64,000 nt of DNA from Diplonema japonicum (GCA_964019335.1 OZ025655.1:62001-126000); one strand, 5' to 3'; positions 49,305-59,438 are shown, numbered from the stretch's first letter. Numbers and translations: made by a program. The notes: generated by a model from the sequence alone, not told the origin.

Positions 49305-50786
49305 CTACCTCTGGATGAAAGGCTGGGGCTTGTTTGAAGAGTGAGGTGCGGCTATTCTGCTTAAAAAGCTGGAAGCCGTTTCTTGTTGCAGTGCCGGCGT
49401 CCCTGCAACACCTGAGAATCTCCTGGGTCTCTTTGAAGCAGGGGGCTGAAGCTTTTTGAATGCAACAGGCAAGGGTCCTTGCGGCTTGTTGGTACTGACT
49501 GGCTTTGCATGATGATACTGCAGGCGTGTCTCACGGATCTGCTTGACGCTGTTACATACTATAGTAACGGCATGGTGTGTATTGTCGATATTCAGGCCGC
49601 TCTTCACTGGCACCGCAGAGAGCTCATGCTGGATTCTCGTCTTTGCCTCGTAGCTGCTCCGACGACCGATGTCCTGTGGCAACAGTGCCATCATCTCACT
49701 CGTTGCCACTGTGTGGCAACATAGCGTTGTCCCTGTCTCTTCCCCTGTCACCAGTACAACCTGCGCTCCTACTGCACGGCGCAGCTTGTGCGTCATTTCC
49801 ACATTTGGTCTCATCAGCAGCCCTTCGCTACTCTTATGAAGCTCTTCACTCAGAGCAGACACCATCTCAGCATTGGGCCTCTGATAAGATTCAGAAGCAT
49901 ACATCAAAAGAGGTACCCCATAGAGTACACCATGCGGAACCCTGTTCAAAGGGATGCGCTCCAGAGCTGCAAGTTCTATCGCGTCAGGCTTGTCTCCTAC
50001 CAACACCTCTTGTGACCCGAACACTTCGCCGCCAATGCTCACGGCAGCATAGACACTGTCCAGGTTCAGACGCTTAGAACTACTGCAGCAGTAGTAGGGT
50101 GGGGTAGCAGGCTGCGTTCCGCGTACTGGCTGGTTGTGGCATGCACAGGCAACTACCTCATTCAGGAGGGGCTGCACAGCCTCGCAAGCCTCCAGTACCA
50201 TCTTTACATCACCAACAACGCAGGACACCTGCCTCACAGGCGCCGTCAGAAGAGGCCTAATAAAGCTTGACACAGAGGCAAGCAGCTGTCTTCCGTTGGT
50301 GGGGCTCTGCGAGGTTACACGGTGCCCGGGTGCTAGAGATCTGCTTGATGGTAGCTCAGCGGAGAGGACGATGTGCAGAGTACTGCACGATGCGTGAGAG
50401 AGGGTGCTGAAGTACATGGGGTGATCAGACCACTTGAGACAGGAGAATATAAGAACGTAGCCAGGCGCTACAGCCTCCCGCACAACAATACGCATTGCCT
50501 CTTGCTCGACAAGGCTTCCCTCGGAAGATGTGTGCAACTGCCCTTCGTGCAGCTGAATCTCATTTACGATCCTGAGCGCGTTCTGAAGGCAAAACGGCCC
50601 TGCAACATAAACAGTCACCTTGCTGTCTATTGATATGATGGAGCAGCGTATGTTATCGCTCAGCCCAAGCCGCACAAAGACCGCCTTCATGGCACCACAC
50701 ACGCAGGTTCTCATGTAGCTGAAGAGCTCGACATCACGCGGCAGGTACCTCAAATCGACCACTACCCCCAGCAACCTGGCGCTCAT
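49305..50786 (-). CDS. Hypothetical protein, possibly M1AP (meiosis 1 arrest protein)-like
   Basis: Intronless ORF. LERIPLNRVPHGVLYGVPLLM...SALSEELH...TVATSEMM recalls the M1AP C-terminal region (from memory only). Confidence 0.5.
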   Translation of the reverse strand: MSARLLGVVVDLRYLPRDVELFSYMRTCVCGAMKAVFVRLGLSDNIRCSIISIDSKVTVYVAGPFCLQNALRIVNEIQLHEGQLHTSSEGSLVEQEAMRIVVREAVAPGYVLIFSCLKWSDHPMYFSTLSHASCSTLHIVLSAELPSSRSLAPGHRVTSQSPTNGRQLLASVSSFIRPLLTAPVRQVSCVVGDVKMVLEACEAVQPLLNEVVACACHNQPVRGTQPATPPYYCCSSSKRLNLDSVYAAVSIGGEVFGSQEVLVGDKPDAIELAALERIPLNRVPHGVLYGVPLLMYASESYQRPNAEMVSALSEELHKSSEGLLMRPNVEMTHKLRRAVGAQVVLVTGEETGTTLCCHTVATSEMMALLPQDIGRRSSYEAKTRIQHELSAVPVKSGLNIDNTHHAVTIVCNSVKQIRETRLQYHHAKPVSTNKPQGPLPVAFKKLQPPASKRPRRFSGVAGTPALQQETASSFLSRIAAPHSSNKPQPFIQR

Positions 50787-50935
50787 CGTGTATCTGTGAA
50801 TGAAATTAGCAGGGAACGAGAGTTCAGCCTTGTACAATAAAAAGAGAGCGGGCCCACGAGTGGAAAATAAGATAACAAAAAGTACAACAACAAAATGAGG
50901 GCAACAGATACAACAACAAGTTTATACGTCGAAGA

Positions 50936-52024
50936 CTACTTCTTGATCTTAGGAGGTGAAGGGGATCTGGATCGCCCACCGAGCCTGGGAGACAGTTGCA
51001 CCGTGATAGTCCTGCGGCCATCGGGCTTCTTCTTAGCCCATGCGATGGATACGTTGATTGTCTTCGGGACAGGGACGCCATTGACCTCGCGTGTGATGCG
51101 GAAGGGGAGGGCGTAGGGCTGCCCAGCCTTGTTAGGGTTCTCGATACTGGAAATCACCTTACGGAAAACCTCGCGTGTCCTGATAGGAATTCCCGACACC
51201 TCCGTGATGATGTCGCCCTTCTCGATACCCGCAGAGGCGGCAGGTCCGGAAGCACCAACAGAGACCACCCACACACCATCAATATTGTAAGGTGCACCTT
51301 CACTGAGCTCCAAACCCACAACAGGATGCTCGTCTGACTTCGGCACGTCCTTCACCACTGCCGGCTTCTTCTGCCTCTCCTCAAGCAGAGCATTTGTCAC
51401 CTCCTCGAGCTGCTTCCTGAGGTCATTCATCATGCCATCGAAATCCTGCTCCCTGCCCTTCATAGTCGCTACTTCATTCTGGGAAGCTTCAAGAGCCTTC
51501 TTAAGATCCTCGAGCTCCATGTTGTTGTTCGATGTGGAGTTGCCCGAGACCATGCTTAGCAACTGCCTCTCAATACCCTCCTTCTCCATTTCCAAAGTTT
51601 CCATCTTGTCTACCTCTTCCCTGATGGCATCTCGTGAAGCCTTCAGCAGTGCGTTGATCTCCTTTAGGCGCTTTTCAAGATCAGCCTTGATCCCTGTCGT
51701 GATCGAAATTGTAGGGACAGGCTCGGGCTTGGGTTCAGGCTCCGGTGCAACGGGAGCTGGCTCTTGCTTCGGAGTCGGTAACTCAACAGGAGGACTGACG
51801 GGTGGTGAAACTGGTACAGGGGCCTTTACATATGTAGCTCTTGGCGGCGACACTCTCCTTCCATGACTGCTGATGGCATCGTGCAGCACTTGATAAGGTG
51901 ACCCAGGTGATGGGAGGATGCCAATCCCACCAGTGCGATAGTGAAACTCAGGAGACATGCTCACAGGACGGAGTGGCTCCGAACGCGGGGGTGACGAGCT
52001 ACGGTGCGATCCAGAACGCAACAT
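50936..52024 (-). CDS. Coiled-coil plus PDZ domain protein
   Basis: VVGLEL...GVWVVSVGASGPAASAGIEKGDIITEVSG. Confidence 0.82.
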   Translation of the reverse strand: MLRSGSHRSSSPPRSEPLRPVSMSPEFHYRTGGIGILPSPGSPYQVLHDAISSHGRRVSPPRATYVKAPVPVSPPVSPPVELPTPKQEPAPVAPEPEPKPEPVPTISITTGIKADLEKRLKEINALLKASRDAIREEVDKMETLEMEKEGIERQLLSMVSGNSTSNNNMELEDLKKALEASQNEVATMKGREQDFDGMMNDLRKQLEEVTNALLEERQKKPAVVKDVPKSDEHPVVGLELSEGAPYNIDGVWVVSVGASGPAASAGIEKGDIITEVSGIPIRTREVFRKVISSIENPNKAGQPYALPFRITREVNGVPVPKTINVSIAWAKKKPDGRRTITVQLSPRLGGRSRSPSPPKIKK

Positions 52025-52058
52025 GTTAGTCAATGCAACCTATAGGTAAGGGTAATAC

Positions 52059-52841
52059 TCAGCACGAAAATACAATTAACCAGTAACGCGCCTCCAACAG
52101 AACAAGGTTAGAATACAATGCATTTAACTCACTTTTAAGTGCAGGAGGGAGGGGAGTGTCGGGGCAGGTGCCGTCCTCATGGAGAGCCAGCTGGTTAGAT
52201 ATAAACGTTTCAATTAACCTCGTGCGGGGTACAGAGACACGGTCACGTTTTCTATAGGCAAGGCTCATGAGGGCTTCGTAAAGGGGGTGGTCGGTGATAC
52301 TAGCGATGACCAAGGTGCCGTAATCATGCGGAGGCAGTATCCTCCGCTTGGCATAATAGGCCAAAGCAAGCAAGGGGTACACAATGTAGAGGTAGTGGAT
52401 GGCCTCGCCCGCAATGTAGCGCTTCCAGTTGTTACTAGCATTGGCGTAGAGACCGGAGGCGTACGCACGCTGGTTGTAAGGCCTTGTCTTCTCGTACATG
52501 CCCTTGAGGGAGGGGTCACTGTGAAACACTGTGGGAGACCTCATGGCGTCGATCACATTGGAGTTCCCAGCAGACAGCAGCATCAGGAACCGCCGCAGGT
52601 CCCATATGATATAGTCATACTCGATGTCCTCTTCCATGGTGCTCCACCGCACGCTGTCTGGATAGGTGTCACCCAGGGTGAGATAGTCTGTCGGAGGGCG
52701 CACAGCAACCATTCGTACGTCGTTGTCGCTGGTGGGCTGGGCAACACCCTTCACTCTGCTGCCCACCAAGGCGGCATGGAGGACTCGCAGATTGTGCTGC
52801 TTAGAAATCAGCTGAATGTGATTCGCCACCAGACTGTCCAT
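52059..52841 (-). CDS. Pol-beta-superfamily nucleotidyltransferase (Nuc-transf/YcgL/RlaP-like)
   Basis: LHAALVGSRVKGVAQPTSDNDVR...DYL...WDLRRFLMLLSAGNSNVIDAMRSP. Intronless. Confidence 0.82.
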   Translation of the reverse strand: MDSLVANHIQLISKQHNLRVLHAALVGSRVKGVAQPTSDNDVRMVAVRPPTDYLTLGDTYPDSVRWSTMEEDIEYDYIIWDLRRFLMLLSAGNSNVIDAMRSPTVFHSDPSLKGMYEKTRPYNQRAYASGLYANASNNWKRYIAGEAIHYLYIVYPLLALAYYAKRRILPPHDYGTLVIASITDHPLYEALMSLAYRKRDRVSVPRTRLIETFISNQLALHEDGTCPDTPLPPALKSELNALYSNLVLLEARYWLIVFSC

Positions 52842-52899
52842 CTTTCTGTAGTTCTTGCCTGTCTGGTACAGGGCACTGCGAACGGCAGCAAAATGGAGC

Positions 52900-55439
52900 T
52901 TACTCGAACCGGCCCAGATCAGACACCTCCGAGTCATCTGACTCACTCTCTTCATCGTCACTCGGATCTTCTTTGTTCTCCCTCTCTAACTTCCTTATTA
53001 ACGCCAGCAAGGCGTTTGTCGAATCCACGTCTTTTGCAGTCACCTGCACAACACCCTTCCTGTTCCCCATCTCCCTCCACAGGTCGCGGTCCACGAGTTC
53101 ACTTCGCAGCGTTTCAGGACTGGCGTCACCTGTTTAATTGTGCCAATGTGTGCTCTACTTACCTTTGCGTGCATCGGACTTTGATAACGCGATGATTAGA
53201 TGGGACTCTTCTGTGTCCATCCTCCCGAACAAATTCAGGAATGCGTTCCGCTCACCTTGCTGTATCCCCTTTGAGAGATCTATCATCCATATCAGCGTGA
53301 TGACCTGCTCAGACAAGTTACCTGCACTTATCATAAACTCGGGGAGGTTTGCGAACTCTTCTGAGCCATTCCAATACTCCCACATGGGATACCGTTTCCT
53401 TTTGTAGACTACCGTACTTACCTGCAAGTCTGCAGTAGGCGCCGGTGCTTCCAATGCAAGTCCCGTCACCATGCGATGGATTAACGACGTCCTGTGTGCT
53501 GAAAGCTACTTTTGTGACATACTTCCCACACCCCTGCATCCCAGCCACGATAATTCTCCTTTTTGGCACTCGCATCTCCATCGACGTGTCTAGCCTGCTG
53601 ATCCCAAAGCACTCATTCATGCTGACCTTCGCGGAAGACCTCTGTTCGTTGAACTTATTAAGCAGCTTCTCTGCAGTTTCCACCCACTCACGGGCCTCCT
53701 CCGAGCTGCTGGGCATGTTTGCAGTAATTACCTCGAAACCTTTCATGTGACACGTAATGGAACCCACCTCTGATAGTACCTGTACCCTTGTAGGTCCTTC
53801 TACGGCCTCCTTCAGAGGACCAAAGATGGTTGTTGCCATGTTTTCAGACTTCTCTATTAATTCTCCAATTAGCAAGCGCCAGTGCTGGAGTAGCTCCTTT
53901 GTTGAAAAGGTGTATGTCCCTTCTGTGACGCTGTCCTGCCAGTGTTTCTCGATTGTCGTGCCGCTGAGCAAGTCAGCCAGCTTCGAGGTCTGCTGCAGCT
54001 CACGCTCCTCGATACCTCTGCTGATGGCATCCTTGTGCAGCACTGCAAAGGAGTCGCCCACCTTGTTCAGGACGTCTGTTGGGGACCTGAACTGCAGCTT
54101 CACCGAGCTGGTACCGGCTAGAGCCACACAGATCATGGCAGCGACGGATCGCTTAAACGTCGTCGTATAAAAAGAGTCGTCTATCTCTTGCGAGAATATG
54201 CCCTTCTGGAAGACCTCCAGGACAGACTTCGAAATGTTGCACTTCGTCGACACCTGCAGCAAGTTAATAAGCTGGGCAAAGGTGGCATCTTCATCGATGA
54301 GCCACGCCATGGGGTTCATGTCGTTCTGTTGCGGATAGCACAGTGCATTGAGGATAGCATACCTTGATTGAGCAGGCAAAAGACTCAAAAACCTTTTCAG
54401 GGTGGTCGGAAACAGAGACGCCTCCCTCGAACTCGAGGACCTCATCTAAGTTTTCAACAAGTTGCGTGAGTGGCTGCGATTGGTGTACAGCAGTTAGAGT
54501 GAGTGCGCATACCTTAGCACGCCTCATGAAGAGAACAACATCAATTCCCAGCGACACTTCCCCAGAGGAGTTATCGCTCTTCTCCACCAACACCACCGCG
54601 GGCAACACCGACTCTCCGTCAATGTCGCAGTACAAGTCCTTGTAGTCATCCCCTTCCCCGAACTTCATGTACTCGTCTATGAGGTGTTTTGCCCTCTGCC
54701 GCGTCACGCTTGATTTCAGCTTGAGATGAACCTTCAGTACGGATTTGATGGAACAGTCCTCTAGACGGGATCCTTTCTCGCCCGATTCCCAGTAGTTCGA
54801 ACGAGGATCGCACGCTTTTGCATCTTGCAATCTCTTTACGGTTTTCCTTCCTTCGAATTCATATGCGTCCTTCGATAAGGGAAGGCCTGTGACATGAATC
54901 TCCAAAGAGGGGTTCCACTCCTCTGGGATCCGGCCGACGTTGACGGTTGATGTCAAGTTGATGATGCGGTCTGACATATCAGTCTTTACCATGGTTCGTA
55001 GTTTCTTTAACGCGTCGTTCTTTGCCATCCTCCCGATGAGGCGGCCTCGAAGTAGCTTCAGCTTCACACCCTCGTTCCCTCCCAGGACAGTGTCTGCGCT
55101 CCACCATTTTATAAACTCATCGAAATTCAGCTTCCCGTCTTTGTCAACGTCAAGGGCGTCCATCGATTTGTTTATCTCCTCCTCGTTCAGCTCGCACCCG
55201 AGCTCCTTCGATACCTTCCACAGCTCTCCCCGGTCGATCACACCGCTCTTATCTTCATCAAACAACTCAAATACCTCCTTCAGCCTTGTTTTCTCACTTG
55301 TCGGCAGTGTCCTTGCTTGCGCGCCTTTCAATTTGTCCTCCCTCTCCATCTCTTTCTTTTTCTCGAACAGCTTTTGTAGCATGACGCGTCTCTTCTCCTC
55401 CTCTTTCAGCATCTTCTCCAGTTCCTCGATGTCCGCCAT
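52900..55439 (-). CDS. EF-hand protein fused to a C-terminal degenerate Arf-like small GTPase domain
   Basis: DEDKSGVIDRGEL and DVDKDGKLNFDEF; IIVAGMQGCGK|TSLI, PAPT, WEYWNG, LIWMID, LSKSD. Introns 54474-54512, 54326-54362, 53492-53522 and 53130-53162 join four ORFs. Confidence 0.78.
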
Positions 55440-55546
55440 CTCGCCACCTCTCCTTGTGTTGTTAAGTTAGAACTCGGATGAAAAAAACAAAAAGAAAATA
55501 AGAAAACGTAAACTTCCGTTAAAATTGTAAAATCGTCAGAAAATCG

Positions 55547-57073
55547 TCAAAGCATCGACTCAAGATGCTCACATCCTGGCAACGCGTGACATCCGTATTC
55601 ATTTCTGCACCACTCAGGGTGCTCCATCAGGTCCCTTTCTGTAACCTCTGGGAACCAGTCACCAGGAGCGGGAGTAGGCTCTAGATAAACACACCTCCCG
55701 TGTCTATCGTACTTCCACTGTGGTAGGTCAGGCAAGTAAGCTCGTTTGTATAGTCTTGCAACAGGGCAGTTACATTGTGAGTAGTGTCCGTACTCTCCAT
55801 AGGGCTTTCCTTCTTTTGTCCTCGCTCGCTTACAAACAGAACTAGAAAGCTTTTGAGCGCACTTGAAAATCTTACTAATCGCTTCTTCTGTTGCATTGCC
55901 CGCACGCAGCCTTTCATCTACGCAGTTGCGGCACGCACCGTCTCCCACAGGGCAGCTTACATACGCCTCCTCTACAAGAGACGCATCTGGCGTGAGCTTA
56001 GCATTGCGCCCCATGGCGAATTGGAACCCGTACCCGACGGACAAAGCGTTGGGCTTGACCTCCGGCTGGTCTGCAGAGCAGTTCGTCATGTCGTACTGAG
56101 TGAAAGCCTCAAAACCAGCTCCTCCACCACCACCGCCACGCAAGACCACTGACTTGCCGGCCGCCTTGCACTTCTTCATCTCACTCGCTACGAGCTTCAT
56201 GTCCGCAGCAAAGACGGTCGGAAAAGTCATGTGACTCGTCTTCACACCAACAGGGTCGTTCCCTGCACCGGCACCGATAACCAGGGTGCCATCCCCCACC
56301 TCAGCACCGCCACCGCCGCCACCTCCTGACTCTACAGGGCTGCACTCCTCGGGCGAAGTCATTCCGCTGCCACCGCCGCCGCCACCGGACACCAGGGTCG
56401 TTGCGTTCCCATCGCTGCCGACACAAAACACCTCGAACCCAGCACCGCTGCCACCGCCGCCACTCATCCCATAGTAGGGCTTCTCGCCTGCTTTGTTTCT
56501 CCTGACGTACTCTTCGATGGTCTTGCATTCACCGGAAGGGTTGTACAGACCTTTCGGACAACGTTCCTTCCAATCCTTGACAAAAGTAGCGTAGGGCGTG
56601 TAACCAAGGGCCGTGACTAGCTCCTTGGCGTTGTTCCAGTCTTCGGTCGGCGCCACAAACACGCATCCGGTACCCCTGGCCGCACACCCAAGGTCTAGGA
56701 TCCGTGTGAGGTAACTGCCAAGCTGCTTACTAAGAAACCCTGAGTTCCACTGCAGCATATCACACACCAATTGGCCGCCCCCCTCGACGTACGGTGCCGA
56801 GTCGGCCACCAGACAGTCTCTCTTGCTGTCCTCGACATTTGCGTAATATGCGTATTTCAGAGGCATGCTCTCCTCGTCCTCGCCCAGCACCTCACGCACC
56901 CACACAGCTAGCTGTGACGCGATGGTGTACCCACCTTCGGAGTACGCCATGTGGAAGGGGTGCTCCCCATGGAAGTGTTGCATCGCCTCAGGTAGGCTTT
57001 TCGCACAAGTATATGGCACAAAGGGTTGACACGCGCAACATGGCAGCAAGATAGCAGCGAGTAGCCGGAACAT
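55547..57073 (-). CDS. Secreted Gly-rich / Cys-rich protein
   Basis: Signal peptide MFRLLAAILLPCCAC; four GGGGG(G)SG/AG motifs; Cys-rich C-terminus. Intronless. Confidence 0.7.
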   Translation of the reverse strand: MFRLLAAILLPCCACQPFVPYTCAKSLPEAMQHFHGEHPFHMAYSEGGYTIASQLAVWVREVLGEDEESMPLKYAYYANVEDSKRDCLVADSAPYVEGGGQLVCDMLQWNSGFLSKQLGSYLTRILDLGCAARGTGCVFVAPTEDWNNAKELVTALGYTPYATFVKDWKERCPKGLYNPSGECKTIEEYVRRNKAGEKPYYGMSGGGGSGAGFEVFCVGSDGNATTLVSGGGGGGSGMTSPEECSPVESGGGGGGGAEVGDGTLVIGAGAGNDPVGVKTSHMTFPTVFAADMKLVASEMKKCKAAGKSVVLRGGGGGGAGFEAFTQYDMTNCSADQPEVKPNALSVGYGFQFAMGRNAKLTPDASLVEEAYVSCPVGDGACRNCVDERLRAGNATEEAISKIFKCAQKLSSSVCKRARTKEGKPYGEYGHYSQCNCPVARLYKRAYLPDLPQWKYDRHGRCVYLEPTPAPGDWFPEVTERDLMEHPEWCRNEYGCHALPGCEHLESML

Positions 57074-57275
57074 GTTGAAGTGCCTGGAGGGCTGAATTGC
57101 GTAAAAGAATAACACCTTCGAAGAGCAAAATGCCAACGTTAACCGCGATCAAAGTCACACAGCCTGCTCAAAAAAAAAAAAAGAAGAAAACGAACAAAAA
57201 GAAACAACAACTGAAGCCTTAGGCGAATAAAAATAAAAATATGAAAAGAACAAGGTACAACAACTTAATAATTAA

Positions 57276-59387
57276 TCACAGATCATCAAAGTCGTCTAAA
57301 GGCGTCTTGACACCTTCGATGGACCTGGCCAGGAGCTTCTGTTCCCATGACATTGTCATCTGGAGCATTCTGGAGGAGGCTGGGAGAGGCTGAGATTGCT
57401 GCTGTGCAGTAGGTGCGTGCTCCATAGGCTGTGAAGACATCGTGTGCTTCAGCAAACGGCAGTCAGAGGAGATAGCCCGTTGGTCTCGATGAGGGGAGCT
57501 TGGAGTGTCTGGTTGGATCACAGTACCCCCATAGACCTTTATAGCCTTACCATATGACGCTCCGGTGTGTAACCTCAGCGTGCTGGAACGCTTCGTGATG
57601 CTGCAAAGCTGCGGCAGATCACCCAGCACTTGCTGTGCCCTCCTCGATGCGGCACAGCCATCCCGCAGCCACATTCTGCAATGCTTCCCGAAGCCCTTAT
57701 TCAGTGCCATTATGGATTCACATGCCGCCTTTACTACCAAAGTGCCGTCAGGCAAACTCAGAGCGTAATGCCTCGATGGTAGCACAGTTACATCTTCCAC
57801 CACCAGCACCGACAGCGGTGGAACAAGAACCTCCGACTCCTTGGGGTACTTAGAGATGTTCTGCAATGGTATGCCCCATTGCATGCGCCTCAAAATGAAC
57901 AGAATTGCCCCGCCTGCTGCTTGAATAGCATTCGCCGCATCACCTCTAATGTATGATTCAGACACTCTCCTGTCAAGTGCGCATGAGGAAGGTGACGGCC
58001 AGTTCACAAGATCTCCCTTACTCAGCTTGGCATGCTGTTCAACAACAAAGTCAGGAAGCCCCGCAAGGCCCCTTGCTAGCTCTGTAGAAGGTGAAGCACC
58101 AACAATGGATGACAGCGCTGTAACCAGGCAGATGTATTTGCACCACTTCTGTAACGTCTGCCAGGCACCGCTGGCCATGTCGGGTGGGTATGCTGCCGTT
58201 CGCATCGCCCAGTTGATTTCTGAGAAGATAGCCTTGTTTCTGTCTGTGTATCTTGTGCCGTATTCCTTCCATTCCTCGGGTTGTGTGTCATAATCAGGGA
58301 CATCAGAGAATGTGAAGACCGTGTCAATATCCGGACCCGTCATCGTGTAGAGAGACATCACCAGCAGGTCCACAGGAGACCTGCTTGGGTAATATCTTCC
58401 CTTCGATTCATGCAAATGGTGAGCAGCAAGAGACAAAATCTGTACCTTCTGCTCTGTCGTGTTTAAGCTGCTTGGGGCTATCAAATTGGTGGCTAGCTCG
58501 GTAAGTACGTCGCCTCGCTTCTGTTTGTATGCCTCAGTGAGCCAGGTGGAAAGGGTTTGCATGTTAGCACTATTTGACTGAGTCAAGGCATCAGCTCCTC
58601 CTTTGTCTGCACACACGCCATCCGAAGCCCGCAGGGAGGACAGCACGGCCTTGGCATCGCCGAGACTGATGGCTTTCACCTTCGGCACTTCGATGGGTAT
58701 GGTATGGTCTGACGCAGTCTCGTGCGCCGAGTGGCCGCTCAATAGTGACGGAGGAAGCGATCGTGGCATGGGGTCTGGGTAGGTTTCGATGAATCGCAGT
58801 CTCAAGGCTTGCAGCCCTTTGACGCCTTCCTCGCCCAGCGTTGTCATGACAGACATTGACAGCTTACTGAAAGATCTGTTAACCGAATTGTGGTACCATC
58901 TTCCTGAACGTGCATAGAACATGCATGCTGTCTCGTGCACCATGTGCGAAAGGAACACAGTACGCTTCTTGGCGATAATGCTTCGTTGGTGGGACTCCTC
59001 TGCAATGAGGAACCTGGCTTCCTCAGGGAGGTGGAAAATAGGAGGACCGACAGACTTCTTCTTGCTCTTTGGAGAAGGAGAAAGGCTCCCAGGCGGAAGC
59101 CATGCCCTCTCCGGGTCCCACGGCCTCCGCGAAATATGTGGGCTCACCGCACCATACTGCGAACGGGACCTCTGAGCCTGTTCACTGTGCCTCGGAGACA
59201 ATATGTCCTGTTCCTCCTCATATGTGACAGCTGTTGCACTATGGTCCAAACCACCCCACATCGAAACCTGCCCCCTCTTTCTCAAACTGATGAGGTTCCA
59301 CTCCTCTGACTCGTAGGCTCTGACATTCCATCTGTTCTGTACCTCACGGCTTTCCAACTCGTTCCTCTCCTTCGTGTATCCCTTCAT
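57276..59387 (-). CDS. R-S-E clade mono-ADP-ribosyltransferase domain protein
   Basis: SLYT...FSEINWAMR...LARGL...VNWPSPSSCAL...ILFIL...ISKYPKESEVLVPP (R, SxS-like and ExE motifs). Confidence 0.8.
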   Translation of the reverse strand: MKGYTKERNELESREVQNRWNVRAYESEEWNLISLRKRGQVSMWGGLDHSATAVTYEEEQDILSPRHSEQAQRSRSQYGAVSPHISRRPWDPERAWLPPGSLSPSPKSKKKSVGPPIFHLPEEARFLIAEESHQRSIIAKKRTVFLSHMVHETACMFYARSGRWYHNSVNRSFSKLSMSVMTTLGEEGVKGLQALRLRFIETYPDPMPRSLPPSLLSGHSAHETASDHTIPIEVPKVKAISLGDAKAVLSSLRASDGVCADKGGADALTQSNSANMQTLSTWLTEAYKQKRGDVLTELATNLIAPSSLNTTEQKVQILSLAAHHLHESKGRYYPSRSPVDLLVMSLYTMTGPDIDTVFTFSDVPDYDTQPEEWKEYGTRYTDRNKAIFSEINWAMRTAAYPPDMASGAWQTLQKWCKYICLVTALSSIVGASPSTELARGLAGLPDFVVEQHAKLSKGDLVNWPSPSSCALDRRVSESYIRGDAANAIQAAGGAILFILRRMQWGIPLQNISKYPKESEVLVPPLSVLVVEDVTVLPSRHYALSLPDGTLVVKAACESIMALNKGFGKHCRMWLRDGCAASRRAQQVLGDLPQLCSITKRSSTLRLHTGASYGKAIKVYGGTVIQPDTPSSPHRDQRAISSDCRLLKHTMSSQPMEHAPTAQQQSQPLPASSRMLQMTMSWEQKLLARSIEGVKTPLDDFDDL

Positions 59388-59438
59388 GCTGACCTGTATG
59401 CTGTTAGCTAATAAGCAAAATGGTGTGAATATGCTACT

